From Patescibacteria group bacterium (lineage in GTDB: Bacteria > Patescibacteriota > Dojkabacteria > GCA-002793355), in NCBI GenBank assembly GCA_016860985.1, contig BOKM01000001.1, positions 463,462 through 527,461 on the forward strand: a stretch of DNA of 64,000 bases, given 5' to 3'. The position numbers were made by a program, and so were the translations under genes. Shown here piece by piece: positions 1-10,273 of this stretch. The notes beneath the pieces are model-generated. The model searched no databases, had not been told where the DNA came from, and saw only the letters and a program-made list of their open reading frames with translations. Within the stretch, counting starts at the first letter, position 1; every line of letters begins with the position of its first letter.

Positions 1-1
1 A

Positions 2-697
2 GACCAACATTTGGAGCGTTTTAAAAGCAAGTCGGAGCTTGCGCAGGCTCTTTCAGAAGTTTTTAGTAACAGTAAACCTCAGTCAGTAAAATTCTGCGAC
101 AAGGAAACAATTAATTTAATTGCTCCCTATTATCCAGAAATAAAAGAGATTCGAGTGCCAGAACCACTTACAAACGCGAACATGGTATCACTCTCAGAAA
201 GTAACCAACATAACCTACGATACGCGGTTTCAATTGCAAAGGAACTCGGAGTGCCAGAGGATATACTACACTCTGCAGTACAGAACATAGAACTACCCGA
301 AAGACGGCAACAGATGACCAATCTGTTTGGATTTGAGGCCATAGACGACTCATATAACATTAGCTTTACAACGGCAACCGCAGGAATAAAGGCTGCAAAA
401 GAACTTGCACAACAAAAAAATAAAAAACTGTTAGTAATTACCGCAGGCATTCCAGAATTGGCAAAAAACGAAAAGGATAAGAACAAAGAACTTGGAGTAT
501 TACTCTCTTCACACGCCGACTTTACTATTATCCTTGCAAGTATGTTTGCACAAGAGATAGCAAAAGGGTTTTCGAAAATGGATCACTACGCCATTGTTTC
601 TACGTTGACCGAAACGATTCAATCGGTACTACCTACCTACAATAAAGACGAATGGGTACTTCTTTTGCAGCCAGAGTTGAATGACTTATATTACTAA
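2..697 (+). CDS. murF: UDP-N-acetylmuramoyl-tripeptide--D-alanyl-D-alanine ligase (MurF), C-terminal part; 5' end lies outside the window
   Basis: The frame is open to the window edge. It has a Mur-ligase C-terminal domain with the 'AIDDSYN' motif typical of MurF, and it sits next to ddl/murD/murC. Confidence 0.75.
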   Translation, partial: DQHLERFKSKSELAQALSEVFSNSKPQSVKFCDKETINLIAPYYPEIKEIRVPEPLTNANMVSLSESNQHNLRYAVSIAKELGVPEDILHSAVQNIELPERRQQMTNLFGFEAIDDSYNISFTTATAGIKAAKELAQQKNKKLLVITAGIPELAKNEKDKNKELGVLLSSHADFTIILASMFAQEIAKGFSKMDHYAIVSTLTETIQSVLPTYNKDEWVLLLQPELNDLYY

Positions 698-1842
698 CTG
701 CCTTTAATAAACTTTTCTACAATATCCGTTGTGTAGTCGATTTCGTAACTCCGTTTTGTTGCAGCATCTTTAATACTTTGCTCAATGGCATCGGTTATTT
801 GCTGCTTAAACTGAATTCCAGTTGCTTCCCACAAGTAAAAGGCAAGAGAGCCAGGAATTGGGTTAATTTCTGTTAGGTAGAGATTATCGTCTTCTGCTGC
901 CATAAAATCTATTCGAACCAAGCCTTTACATCGACATGCGACATATGCCTTTTTCGCAAAATTTTGTATGGTTGTTTTTAGTTGGTCGGAAATCTTTGCT
1001 GGCAGTTCTCTTGTCAAAGAGGCCATTCCACTTCCTCCAGTCTTTTTGGCGCCCTTTTTATATTTGTCCTCAAAGCTTAGGATTTCATCTTTTCCCATTG
1101 GCCTTTCAATTTCGCTAGTTTCAAGTACACCATTTTGCATTCGAACTGAGCAGTTATACTCTACGTATTTGGGTATGAAGGTTTCGATTACCAATTCTGA
1201 ATCAAGATATGACGCCTCAAGCAACATTCTTTTTAAATCGCCTTCGTTGTGAGCAACAGAAATACCAATACTTGAACCTAAATGAGCGGGTTTAATAATT
1301 AGCGGAAGTCCCAACAAAGCGACAGCTTCTTTAGCAATTTGAGCATATCTCTCTCGCAGCGTAAAGGTATCGACACATATTCCAGGAACAGTAGCAATTC
1401 CCGCTTCTTTTACTAACTGCTTGGTAAGTTGCTTGTTCATTGTGAGTACAGAACCTTCTACACCCGATGAGGTAAACGGAATACCGACACTTTCTAATAA
1501 TCCTTGTAAGGCACCACCTTCCCCCAATCCTCCGTGAAAAGCCAGAAAAGCTGCGATTGGATAGATCTTCTGACCAAAGATGCCGCTAAGTTGGATATAT
1601 CCTCCTTTTTCGTCTCTCCCGAACGTTGCATTCTCCCGCCTCTTTTTTAAAAAATCCTTCTTGCTTCCCAGTTCTCCAATAAAGTGGAATTCACCTTTTT
1701 TTGTTACGTAGAGCACTTGAGGAATATACTTTGATTTGTCGAGATGTTCTGCTATTTGTAAGCCAGAAATAATTGAGACTTCGTGCTCAGGAGCAATACC
1801 GCCAAACATAATAAGCACTGAATGCTTTTCTACAGACGCCAT
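694..1842 (-). CDS. ddl: D-alanine--D-alanine ligase
   Basis: 382 aa with an ATP-grasp layout. N-terminus 'FGGIAPEHEVSIISG', plus 'IIKPAHLGSSIGISV' and 'TEINPIPGS', in peptidoglycan gene context. Confidence 0.93.
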   Translation of the reverse strand: MASVEKHSVLIMFGGIAPEHEVSIISGLQIAEHLDKSKYIPQVLYVTKKGEFHFIGELGSKKDFLKKRRENATFGRDEKGGYIQLSGIFGQKIYPIAAFLAFHGGLGEGGALQGLLESVGIPFTSSGVEGSVLTMNKQLTKQLVKEAGIATVPGICVDTFTLRERYAQIAKEAVALLGLPLIIKPAHLGSSIGISVAHNEGDLKRMLLEASYLDSELVIETFIPKYVEYNCSVRMQNGVLETSEIERPMGKDEILSFEDKYKKGAKKTGGSGMASLTRELPAKISDQLKTTIQNFAKKAYVACRCKGLVRIDFMAAEDDNLYLTEINPIPGSLAFYLWEATGIQFKQQITDAIEQSIKDAATKRSYEIDYTTDIVEKFIKGS

Positions 1843-1948
1843 GGGGTGGAGATTTTAGCTTAGTATTCAAGTGTACCACACTGCACTATTTTTGAGTTCA
1901 GTACGATACATTGGGCGATTACAAGCTAATCCGCATATTTTTTCTGCA

Positions 1949-1957
1949 TGCTACAAT
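1949..1957 (+). promoter_or_regulatory. Extended -10 box TGcTACAAT, 6 nt upstream of the murD ATG (leaderless-type promoter candidate)
   Basis: TG at 1949-1950 and TACAAT at 1952-1957; the ATG is at 1964. No Shine-Dalgarno sequence lies between them. Confidence 0.4.
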
Positions 1958-1963
1958 CGAATA

Positions 1964-3355
1964 ATGAAACAATTTCCACAATATGAGGGCAAGAAAGTTC
2001 TAGTATTTGGGCTTGGCCTAAATGATGGAGGACTTGGAATGGTCGATTTTTTTGTAGAGCAAGGCGCAGAAGTAACGATAACCGATGGAAAAACCGAAGA
2101 ACAACTTGCCAGCACACTCGAAAAGCTCAAAGAAAAAGGAGGAACGCTAACCTTTCATCTTGGAGGGCATATTGAAAGTGATTTTACTGATAACGACATT
2201 ATTATTCGTAACCCGGCAATAAAACCAGACAACCCATATCTCAAAATTGCCAAAGAGGCAGGAAAAACGATAGAGATGGAAATGTCCCTCTTTTTTAAAC
2301 TCGCTCCCTGTAAAATCGTAGGAATATCCGGAACAAAGGGGAAGTCAACCACCACAACACTTACCTACCTTATGTTAAAAAAGAAATTCGGCGATTCAGT
2401 TGTACTCGCAGGAAATATAGGCAAGAGTGCGATACGGGAACTACCGAAACTGACAAAAGATAACCTTGTGGTTCTTGAAATGTCGAGTTTTCAGCTAGAT
2501 GCACTTCGTGATGCAAAACTATCTCCCCATGTTTCTCTACTTACAAATATCTACGAAGATCACTTGAATTGGCACAAAGATATGGCTGATTACATCGACT
2601 GCAAGCAGACGATGTTCACTTTTCAAAAAGCAGGCGATATTACCATTTTGAATAGTGATGACCCAAGAGTTCATAATATGGAAAACGCAGCAAAAAAAAC
2701 AGGAGCAAAAGTTGTCACTTTTTCGAGCCAAGAATCAGCCGATTACCAAAGAAAAGAAATGGTGGTTTTTGAACAAAGCAAAGAGCTACTCACACTTGAA
2801 GGAATGATCGTAAATGGCGAGCATAATTTTCAGAATGCACTTGGAGCAATTGCCCTAGCCCGACAGTTTGACGTGACTGTGCCACAAATTTTAGAGGTAC
2901 TTTCAGAATTCACCGGTGTTGACGGAAGAGAACAATTGGTACGAGAAGTAAACGGCATAAAGATTTATAATGATACCACCGCGACCGCGATGGAATCGAT
3001 GTTAGCTGCAATGAACCGCTTTGGGCCACAGTTTCCAAAAAAGATAATAATGATTGCAGGGGGAATGGATAAAGGTATGGATTATTCACAGGTTGCACCT
3101 GTATGGAATACCTACTTAAAAGCGTTAGTTTTATTGGAAGGGACAGCATCTGAAAAAATGGCAACCGTAATGGACTCGAGTACAGTTCCTGTTCACAAAT
3201 ATTTTGGAGTTTTCAAAGACGCAGTAGAAAAGGCCTACTCTCTTGCACAATCTGGGGATATGATTATCCTTTGCCCTGGAGGAACAAGTTTTAATATGTT
3301 TGCAAACGAATTTGACCGCGGCAGACAATTCAACGACTTAGTTAACGCACTCTAA
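1964..3355 (+). CDS. murD: UDP-N-acetylmuramoylalanine--D-glutamate ligase
   Basis: N-terminal Rossmann-like 'KVLVFGLGLNDGG', P-loop 'GISGTKGKSTTTTL', and Mur ligase middle and C-terminal domains. I took the start at the internal ATG 1964, not the ORF-track start at 1871. Confidence 0.88.
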   Translation: MKQFPQYEGKKVLVFGLGLNDGGLGMVDFFVEQGAEVTITDGKTEEQLASTLEKLKEKGGTLTFHLGGHIESDFTDNDIIIRNPAIKPDNPYLKIAKEAGKTIEMEMSLFFKLAPCKIVGISGTKGKSTTTTLTYLMLKKKFGDSVVLAGNIGKSAIRELPKLTKDNLVVLEMSSFQLDALRDAKLSPHVSLLTNIYEDHLNWHKDMADYIDCKQTMFTFQKAGDITILNSDDPRVHNMENAAKKTGAKVVTFSSQESADYQRKEMVVFEQSKELLTLEGMIVNGEHNFQNALGAIALARQFDVTVPQILEVLSEFTGVDGREQLVREVNGIKIYNDTTATAMESMLAAMNRFGPQFPKKIIMIAGGMDKGMDYSQVAPVWNTYLKALVLLEGTASEKMATVMDSSTVPVHKYFGVFKDAVEKAYSLAQSGDMIILCPGGTSFNMFANEFDRGRQFNDLVNAL

Positions 3356-3358
3356 ACC

Positions 3359-4726
3359 ATGCATCTAACTCAACAGCAACTATCTGATACATTTAGCAGC
3401 ATTAGAAAAGTCCACTTTATTGGGATTACATCTCCGTTCTGTAGCTTCTCGGCAAGTTACCTCCTTTCAAAAGGTATAACCGTTACCGCTTCGGAAGCGA
3501 ATCAGGATTCAGAGGCCGCACAAAAATGGATTGAAAAGGGGATACTCTTCAAAGGCGGTCATTCTGCCGAATATATTCATGAGGATATTGATTTGGTCGT
3601 TTTTCCAAATGGAATTATTCCTGGAAATCCAGAAGTTGAAAAAACGCAAGAGAGTGGACTTCCTTACGTGTTGGTACAAGAATTGCTCGGTATTATCAGT
3701 CAACAATACAAGACAATTGCAATTGCGGGAACACACGGAAAAACAACGACTACCGCACTCGTTATCTGGTTACTGCACAAAACGATAGGAACACCAAACT
3801 TTATAGTCGGAGATGCAAAAGATAAAATAGCAGAATTAGGAACGAACTGGGAATCTCACCCAGAAAGTGAATACTTAGTAATCGAAGCGTGTGAGTACAA
3901 AAAACAATTTCTTGCCAGAGCCCCCCGTCCATACATTTCGGTAATAACGCATATCGATTTGGATCATACTGATTTCTACCCTAATCAGAGCAGTTACAAT
4001 CAAGCCTTCACAGAGTTTCTATCACACACTACCAATACCATTATTATCGATGATGCAAAGAAAAACGAGAAGGAGGTACTCAGCAATCTTCCCAAGGATA
4101 TAGCGGTAGTATCAACTGCGAATTTGAAAAAAGAGCTCGGTACAATTGAGTCAACTCACTTATTTGGTCATCATAATCAAGAAAATCTTATACGGGCGGC
4201 TGGCGTGGCTAAGGTAATTGGAATCTCCAAGATAGAAGCACTCAAAGCACTTTCACAATTTCCTGGGATTTCTTCCCGTTTTGAATATAAGGGAACAACG
4301 AAACAAGGCACACTTGTTTACAAAGATTTTGCGCATAACCCGCAAAAGATAACGGCCTGTTTGCAAGGCGCCAAAGAGGCCTATCCTAACAAAAAACTTG
4401 TTGTCGTTTACCAACCGCATAACCATGAGCGAACCAAAACGTTTGAAACAGAACTTATCAATTCTCTAAAGCAAGCAGACGTTCTTATCGTCCCAAACAT
4501 TTATTCTTTACGCGAAAGCGCCGATGAACGGGCACTTATATCTGCATCTACATTTGTCCGAAACATTCAAAAAAAATATCCTAACAAAGAAGTATTTTTT
4601 ACTGATGAGTTAGGTGTTTACCCTAAAACGCTTCAAAAGCTAACCACATTCAGCAATCCAAATAATCTGATACTTATTGTAAGCGCAGGTGATGTCGACA
4701 AAATTATTCCGGATCTACTCGGCTGA
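3359..4726 (+). CDS. murC: UDP-N-acetylmuramate--L-alanine ligase (MurC-like Mur ligase)
   Basis: 'IAIAGTHGKTTTTALV' P-loop, 'DFAHNPQKI' and 'VYQPHNHERTK' resemble MurC motifs. It follows murD by 3 nt. Confidence 0.8.
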   Translation: MHLTQQQLSDTFSSIRKVHFIGITSPFCSFSASYLLSKGITVTASEANQDSEAAQKWIEKGILFKGGHSAEYIHEDIDLVVFPNGIIPGNPEVEKTQESGLPYVLVQELLGIISQQYKTIAIAGTHGKTTTTALVIWLLHKTIGTPNFIVGDAKDKIAELGTNWESHPESEYLVIEACEYKKQFLARAPRPYISVITHIDLDHTDFYPNQSSYNQAFTEFLSHTTNTIIIDDAKKNEKEVLSNLPKDIAVVSTANLKKELGTIESTHLFGHHNQENLIRAAGVAKVIGISKIEALKALSQFPGISSRFEYKGTTKQGTLVYKDFAHNPQKITACLQGAKEAYPNKKLVVVYQPHNHERTKTFETELINSLKQADVLIVPNIYSLRESADERALISASTFVRNIQKKYPNKEVFFTDELGVYPKTLQKLTTFSNPNNLILIVSAGDVDKIIPDLLG

Positions 4727-5776
4727 TTGGCGCTTAGGTAGTTCGGTTTTCGCTTTTGATTCTTTAGCCGTTGTGCTTTGTTTCTGATTTACCTCAACTT
4801 TCGTAGTTTTTGGTGCAACAGCAAGCCATATTCCTACTACAAACAATAGAAGTGCAACAACGCCTAAATACGAGCCTTGTTGAGCGATTGGAGAGCCAAG
4901 TGTTGTTTGAATAAGTTCGCTCATGGAACCTATCCCCTTACCAAAACCCAGTAAGAGTAAACTCGCAAGCCCAATCGTGCCACCTGTTGCAAAAAAAGCT
5001 GCTACACGTGGGGTAAAGAGAAGCAGAAGTAACATTATAGAGACTACAATTGCGAGCCAAACCATAAGGATTCCTTTATCTAAAAAGGACTTGAGCGAAA
5101 GAAAACGCTGCCTATCCATTTCTGTTGCATTAGAATCGGAGGTTATTCCCTTTACTAGTACTTCGTTGATTTGCGGAAGCTTCATGTACTCTTTGGCTGC
5201 TGCCTCATATGTTGCACGAGATGGAGTTCCAAATGCACAAGGGACTTCCAAAAAATCTTGGGGAGAAATTTTACCAAGCTCTTTGATTTGTGCCGGAGTA
5301 CACGCTTCCAGTGCATCGTACCGAAGTTTGAGGACTGAAACTGCGAGATCTAATTGTTCGGCTGGTGTTCCGCCTGGTTTATACTTCCAAACGAGGGTTG
5401 GAGATTCACCATCTAGCCATGTATAGAAACCCGCCGCATTTGTTTTAAGGTTTTCACCGACAGACTCGGGAGAAAGAATCTTTCTGACGGTTATTCCGAG
5501 GGGAGAACTTTTATTGGCAGCTAACTGCAACGCCTCTTTTAACATGGGGTCGTCAATCGCTGTCGAAGACGAAGCACTTTCAAGTAATCCATTTACAAAG
5601 GCTTCGACTGAGTCTTTATCAGAAGCAAACGCATTAATCCATGCAAGTCCACTCTCTTTTTTGAAGAGTTCTTGCCCTGCAATCGAAAGTGGAATCGTCA
5701 CCACTACCGCGACAATTAAGGACATTCCCAGAAACAAACCTAACAACCAACGCATAATTGCAAAAAGTGTATTCAT
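4715..5776 (-). CDS. Hypothetical integral membrane protein
   Basis: 353-aa ORF with hydrophobic segments at the N-terminus and in the C-terminal third, and a Lys-rich tail. A TGtTACACT -10 box lies 5 nt upstream of the ATG. Confidence 0.6.
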   Translation of the reverse strand: MNTLFAIMRWLLGLFLGMSLIVAVVVTIPLSIAGQELFKKESGLAWINAFASDKDSVEAFVNGLLESASSSTAIDDPMLKEALQLAANKSSPLGITVRKILSPESVGENLKTNAAGFYTWLDGESPTLVWKYKPGGTPAEQLDLAVSVLKLRYDALEACTPAQIKELGKISPQDFLEVPCAFGTPSRATYEAAAKEYMKLPQINEVLVKGITSDSNATEMDRQRFLSLKSFLDKGILMVWLAIVVSIMLLLLLFTPRVAAFFATGGTIGLASLLLLGFGKGIGSMSELIQTTLGSPIAQQGSYLGVVALLLFVVGIWLAVAPKTTKVEVNQKQSTTAKESKAKTELPKRQSAE

Positions 5777-5827
5777 GTATCAGTGTAACAAATAATCAAA
5801 AACCTGCAAATTTGTTACAATTGCAAA

Positions 5828-6559
5828 GTGGCTAAACCTCTTATCACAATAGTTACCTGCACAAAGAATCAAGGGAAATATTTACCAGAGTTATTACAAT
5901 CGCTTACCACACAGCAAAAAAAGAACTTTGAGCATGTGATCATCGACGGTTTCAGCTCAGACGATACTGTTTCCCTACTAAATAAGTATAAAAAAGAAAA
6001 CGAAACTGCTTTTCCGATACATATCCATCAATTTCCTCCGTTAGGTATTGCTGATGCTATGAACAAAGGTATTCTTCACTCACACGGCGACTGGATAATC
6101 ATAATTCACGGAGATGACTATCTTATCAGCGAGAAAGCGACTGATGTAATAGAAAAAGCAGTAAAAATGAACACTCAATCAGAATGGATTGTTGCTAATA
6201 CGACTCGAAAGTTGTGGGGAATTCGATACACGACCAAAACATTTTTACTAAAGCCAATCTTATTTCGATTGCTCCCCGTCTACAACTTTTTAAACCATCA
6301 GAACATGATTATGAGGCGTGATTTATTCCTAAAATATGGTGGATTTCGAACCGATTTCAAAATCAATATGGATTATGAGTACTACCTACGCCTTTTGCAC
6401 CACGGAGTGATGCCTGCTGCTTTTGACGGGGAGTTTTCAGTCTTTCGAAGGCATGAATCGAGTGCCTCAGCAATGCGAGAAAATCAAGCAACCGTTGTTG
6501 AAGAATTCATAAAACTAAAGCGACAGTACAAGAATACAGTGAAATGGGGCAAAAGATGA
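5828..6559 (+). CDS. Glycosyltransferase family 2
   Basis: 'ITIVTCTKNQGKYLPELLQSL...HVIIDGFSSDDT' and 'IIIHGDDY' (DxD-like) are typical of the GT2 fold. GTG start with TGtTACAAT 6 nt upstream. Confidence 0.8.
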   Translation: MAKPLITIVTCTKNQGKYLPELLQSLTTQQKKNFEHVIIDGFSSDDTVSLLNKYKKENETAFPIHIHQFPPLGIADAMNKGILHSHGDWIIIIHGDDYLISEKATDVIEKAVKMNTQSEWIVANTTRKLWGIRYTTKTFLLKPILFRLLPVYNFLNHQNMIMRRDLFLKYGGFRTDFKINMDYEYYLRLLHHGVMPAAFDGEFSVFRRHESSASAMRENQATVVEEFIKLKRQYKNTVKWGKR

Positions 6560-6572
6560 TAAGATACCGAAC

Positions 6573-7517
6573 ATGACTCACCTTTCAGGAGAAACTGTCG
6601 CTACTCCACGAGCAACTTCTCAAGAAACAATCAGCAAACGACATGCACTTCCAGATGTTGCGGCACAATTTGCCGACCTAGAAGTTTCTTACGTGCACAC
6701 TCAAAACCGCAATACGTTTGTGCAGTATCGACTTGCCGAGAGTAACCCAGCAACAGCAGAAAACGTAGTACTCGCATTAAACGGAGGTGGAAATAATCCA
6801 TTGCACAACTTTGCACCTTTCGCAAAAAATATCTTGCAATCCGATGCGAACGTCACACGCTTTGTAGCGATGTATTATCCATTACACTACGAAGAACGTA
6901 ACGACGGTAGTGTTTTTGATATTCCAAAAACCATGGAGGATTTAGCTCAAGCGCGCGAACTACTCAATTTACCGCCAAAAGCGCGTATTCATCTTACTGG
7001 TTTAAGCCTGAGTGCCGATCAACTTATTGCCAGCATTGTCGGAGGACAATTACCACAAGAACAGTTTGCCTCCGTAACGCTACTCAGCCCTCTTGCAATC
7101 TTCCCAGAAGGAGAAAAGCATACAAAAGAACTACTCGCTCACTTTGTAGGTGAATCAATGGCGGCAAGAATGCGTGACCGAATAATTGCTACTATCGATG
7201 ATGTTACAAGAGCTTTTGAACTGCCACCGAACATGAAATATTTAGCAGAAACAATAGAACAATTTTTTGAGCAAATGCATCATTACCTAGCAAACCCTAT
7301 TGAACCTGTGAGTAAGATCCCACGTATTACCATGAAATGGGCGACCAAACGGGAGATACTCACCCAAGAAAGGAGAATGCAACTCGCTGCTTTATTAACC
7401 CCATTCACAGATCAACTACAACTCTCTCAGGAATTAATCCCAGGTCGTCACGGTGCGTCTATGCAACCGAAATACTGGAACGATTATTCGAGAGCAGTTA
7501 TCGAAGGTATTAGTTGA
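6573..7517 (+). CDS. Hypothetical protein (weak alpha/beta-hydrolase-like features)
   Basis: 314-aa ORF. 'LNGGGNN' and 'HLTGLSLSA' weakly resemble an oxyanion-hole and nucleophile-elbow pattern. No firm family assignment. Confidence 0.5.
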   Translation: MTHLSGETVATPRATSQETISKRHALPDVAAQFADLEVSYVHTQNRNTFVQYRLAESNPATAENVVLALNGGGNNPLHNFAPFAKNILQSDANVTRFVAMYYPLHYEERNDGSVFDIPKTMEDLAQARELLNLPPKARIHLTGLSLSADQLIASIVGGQLPQEQFASVTLLSPLAIFPEGEKHTKELLAHFVGESMAARMRDRIIATIDDVTRAFELPPNMKYLAETIEQFFEQMHHYLANPIEPVSKIPRITMKWATKREILTQERRMQLAALLTPFTDQLQLSQELIPGRHGASMQPKYWNDYSRAVIEGIS

Positions 7518-8229
7518 TTTCGACTGGGTTTCCGGCGAAGTAGAGCTTCCCTTTTGTAATAACTAAAGCATCTTCGGGTCTAAGGGCAAAACCTTTTACC
7601 CCTTTTGGTAGAAGCTTTTCGACAGCCGGCAGCAGATTATCTTCAAAGTGAGGGTATACTTCAAAATTAACCAACCCTAATGGCTTAAAGTTCATTACCT
7701 GCGGATCACTCTCACCAATAAAGTTAGCTGCCCAATGCGTTGAAGTCGATACGCACATTGCGCCTGCGCTAAAGCCTACGAAGGGCTTACCTTTCTTAAC
7801 AATTTCTACTAAATTTTCCCGAATTCCTGCCTCATCAACTGCATGAAGTAACCTAGAAACAAGCCCTCCACTCATACATATCACATCGCACGTCTCCAAC
7901 GAGCGCAGCAGTATCTCTTTTGGCCACTTTTCTAAATCAAGTTGCTTGAGATACATGTTATTTATGGTCGTAAACTCTTGTAGGTACACATAACTCATGT
8001 CTGCACGTGCTTGATCCAGTCCACCATTCGGAATCAAGACGACTTTTTTATCATCAAGAGAACCACCAAGCATCTTCTCAAGCATTGGCTTCAAAGATTT
8101 AAATAGGTGTTCGGAAGGTAGAATCATATTGAGCGTTTCATCAGGATATGCTCCAATTTCCCTTACAGGCGAGTCTACCGAAAATACCTCTTTGAAGGCT
8201 GCTTTTCCTTTAAATTTGGAATACGACAT
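7510..8229 (-). CDS. Peptidase S51 / dipeptidase E-like (class I glutamine amidotransferase-like fold)
   Basis: 'PFVGFSAGAMCVS' matches the S51 nucleophile motif (GxSAG), and the length is about 240 aa. Confidence 0.7.
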   Translation of the reverse strand: MSYSKFKGKAAFKEVFSVDSPVREIGAYPDETLNMILPSEHLFKSLKPMLEKMLGGSLDDKKVVLIPNGGLDQARADMSYVYLQEFTTINNMYLKQLDLEKWPKEILLRSLETCDVICMSGGLVSRLLHAVDEAGIRENLVEIVKKGKPFVGFSAGAMCVSTSTHWAANFIGESDPQVMNFKPLGLVNFEVYPHFEDNLLPAVEKLLPKGVKGFALRPEDALVITKGKLYFAGNPVEIN

Positions 8230-8250
8230 ACACGAAGTATAGCATCACAA

Positions 8251-8811
8251 TTACCTATTTTCCCCAAAGCTCAATCGTTCGCTCGCATTCATATCAATAC
8301 CTTTTGCAGCATATAATTTTGCAATATCGTAATCACCAACATCTTTTCCTTGCAAACCAAGTAACGCTAACCCTTCGTTTACTTTCTCTTTAGAGTTACT
8401 TTCTATCTCTAAGTACGTTTCAAGTTTTGGCCAGGTGCACAGACTAAACTCAATGTCGTTATAGTGAAAAATATGTATTTTCTTCTCTTGATACATAGAA
8501 CGATAAAAGAAGCCAAGTTTTTCGAGAATCTCGGTCGTTTTTTTGAAATCGGAGACTTCTACTTCGATTTCTGTTGTACTTCCAACGGATTCATCATCTG
8601 CCGGTTTATATTTGTAGGTCATTTTGGTAACACCGTTTTCTTGGCGAACTCGAACCCATTTCGTGCCTTCGGTTTTCATATCAAAAAGCATTCGGTATTC
8701 TAAATATTCTGGAGTCTCCTGTGCATTAAGCTCACGCAACTTTGCAATAATTTCGGAAGGATTGATATCGAGAACTTTTGTTTCATATTCGATGTGATTC
8801 ATAATTAGCAT
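8251..8811 (-). CDS. CYTH-domain protein (triphosphatase / class IV adenylyl cyclase family)
   Basis: N-terminal 'IEYETK' matches the ExExK signature. Alternating acidic/basic beta-strand pattern ('EIEVEV') and ~186 aa. Its start overlaps the upstream stop as TAATG. Confidence 0.75.
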   Translation of the reverse strand: MLIMNHIEYETKVLDINPSEIIAKLRELNAQETPEYLEYRMLFDMKTEGTKWVRVRQENGVTKMTYKYKPADDESVGSTTEIEVEVSDFKKTTEILEKLGFFYRSMYQEKKIHIFHYNDIEFSLCTWPKLETYLEIESNSKEKVNEGLALLGLQGKDVGDYDIAKLYAAKGIDMNASERLSFGENR

Positions 8812-9164
8812 TATGATTTGTTCTTGATTTTCATCAGCGGGTGATTAGCCGCCTCTTTCATTGCCGAGAAATGTGACTCTTCGAGATCAATATCGTAATG
8901 TCGTGCAATTCGAACAAGCATTAGAAAAATATCGGAAAGTTCATCACCAATTTTACTTTTTGTTGCGTTAAACTCTTTGACTGTATCTCTTCCCGCCATA
9001 TAGTACCCTTCGGCAGCTAGGATCATTTTGCTTAATTCTCCAACCTGCTTCATAAGTTCGAGTGTCGCGCCCTCAGCTCCCCACGGTCGTTTTTCCACTT
9101 TTTCAAATGCATCTATCAACACATGTGATGCAGAAATAACCTCTTGAAATGTTTTTGATTGCAT
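8811..9164 (-). CDS. MazG-like nucleotide pyrophosphohydrolase
   Basis: 'ELMKQVGELSKMI...IGDELSDIFLMLVRIARHYDIDLEE' is a MazG/NTP-PPase helix pattern. I chose the start at ATG 9164, which has TACAAT 5 nt upstream; the ORF track extends to 9236. Confidence 0.7.
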   Translation of the reverse strand: MQSKTFQEVISASHVLIDAFEKVEKRPWGAEGATLELMKQVGELSKMILAAEGYYMAGRDTVKEFNATKSKIGDELSDIFLMLVRIARHYDIDLEESHFSAMKEAANHPLMKIKNKS

Positions 9165-9232
9165 AAAGGATTGTACTACAAACCATGAATGCAACACGAT
9201 ATTCCAACAATACCAAGTCACCGACATCAGCT

Positions 9233-10273
9233 TCAAGCCAAGCTTGGAAGTGGAATCAAATGTTTAAGTAATTTCCCTTTCTTAAATACCAATTTTCCGC
9301 TAGATGATACTACTCGATCAAAGAATGTGAATAACTCTTGAGGGAGTTTGACAGTACAGAATGGGTTTTCAATTAACACGTACTCCCTATTCCACGGTGA
9401 ATCAGGACCGATATCTTTGAAAAACAATACGGCACTAACTCGTGTTCCCTTTGACGCTGTAAAAATTGGGTCCAAACCAAAAGTCCTCTCACCAAACAGA
9501 GTTATCTTTGCTTCCATTGGCAATTCAACAGCCCAGTCCTCTAGATTAACTGCAATTATAAATGGAGCTTCGATGCTGTATGCGGAAGCTTTTGTCCGAA
9601 TGGTCTTCTGAAATCGAATAAACGGATCATTTCCTATCCAATTCGTTTCTACACCTGTCGAACAAACGAACCTTGTTCTTTTTGGTTCCGTCTTCTTTAG
9701 AAACTTGATTTCAATTTTCCAATCGTCTTGGGTGTACATTATCTGTTCGCTTCCGACATCCATAGCAGTAATACATTGTTTTCTCACTTCAGACACTTTA
9801 ATTGGTGTACTCCCTTTGTTTTGTGTTTCTAACCATCCAAAGAACAGAGTATCTTGCAATGTATTGTTGAGGTAATCAACAAGCTCGTTGAATAATTTAT
9901 CGGATAATTTTTCAGTAGAACTATCGACTGACGAGGTTGCGCACTCGATGTACACCTTTGATTTTCCTCTTGTTGCACAGAAATCAGGAGTTTGACCACT
10001 ACCGACAGAGGGTTCAACTTCAACTGCAAAACCTGTACTAATCAATAATTCTCGAACAAAGAGCTCGAAAAATGCTGGCTTCATATGAGTACGAAATTGA
10101 GAAATGAACCTCTTCTTCAAAGGTTCCGGGTATGTTGAAAACCATTTTTCGAATAGTAGTCTTCTTTGCTCAACCTCAACTCTCGATGATTGATTGTAAA
10201 ACGTGAAGAGATCTTCGGTATACTTCATTGGCCCAGTACGGATTCTAGGAATTTGATCAAAAAGGGTTGGCAT
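9233..10273 (-). CDS. Hypothetical protein (possible PD-(D/E)xK-like nuclease core, weak)
   Basis: Long ORF with no clear family. 'VEVEP...TPDF...VYIECAT' loosely resembles a restriction-endonuclease-like core. An alternative TTG start at 10291 lies 2 nt from the tmRNA 3' end. Confidence 0.55.
   Translation of the reverse strand: MPTLFDQIPRIRTGPMKYTEDLFTFYNQSSRVEVEQRRLLFEKWFSTYPEPLKKRFISQFRTHMKPAFFELFVRELLISTGFAVEVEPSVGSGQTPDFCATRGKSKVYIECATSSVDSSTEKLSDKLFNELVDYLNNTLQDTLFFGWLETQNKGSTPIKVSEVRKQCITAMDVGSEQIMYTQDDWKIEIKFLKKTEPKRTRFVCSTGVETNWIGNDPFIRFQKTIRTKASAYSIEAPFIIAVNLEDWAVELPMEAKITLFGERTFGLDPIFTASKGTRVSAVLFFKDIGPDSPWNREYVLIENPFCTVKLPQELFTFFDRVVSSSGKLVFKKGKLLKHLIPLPSLA

Noticed and set aside
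4923-5426. 167-aa plus-strand ORF
   Set aside because: It is antisense to the 353-aa membrane protein gene, which has a coherent TM pattern and a promoter-like box. The composition of the plus-strand product looks like an antisense artefact.
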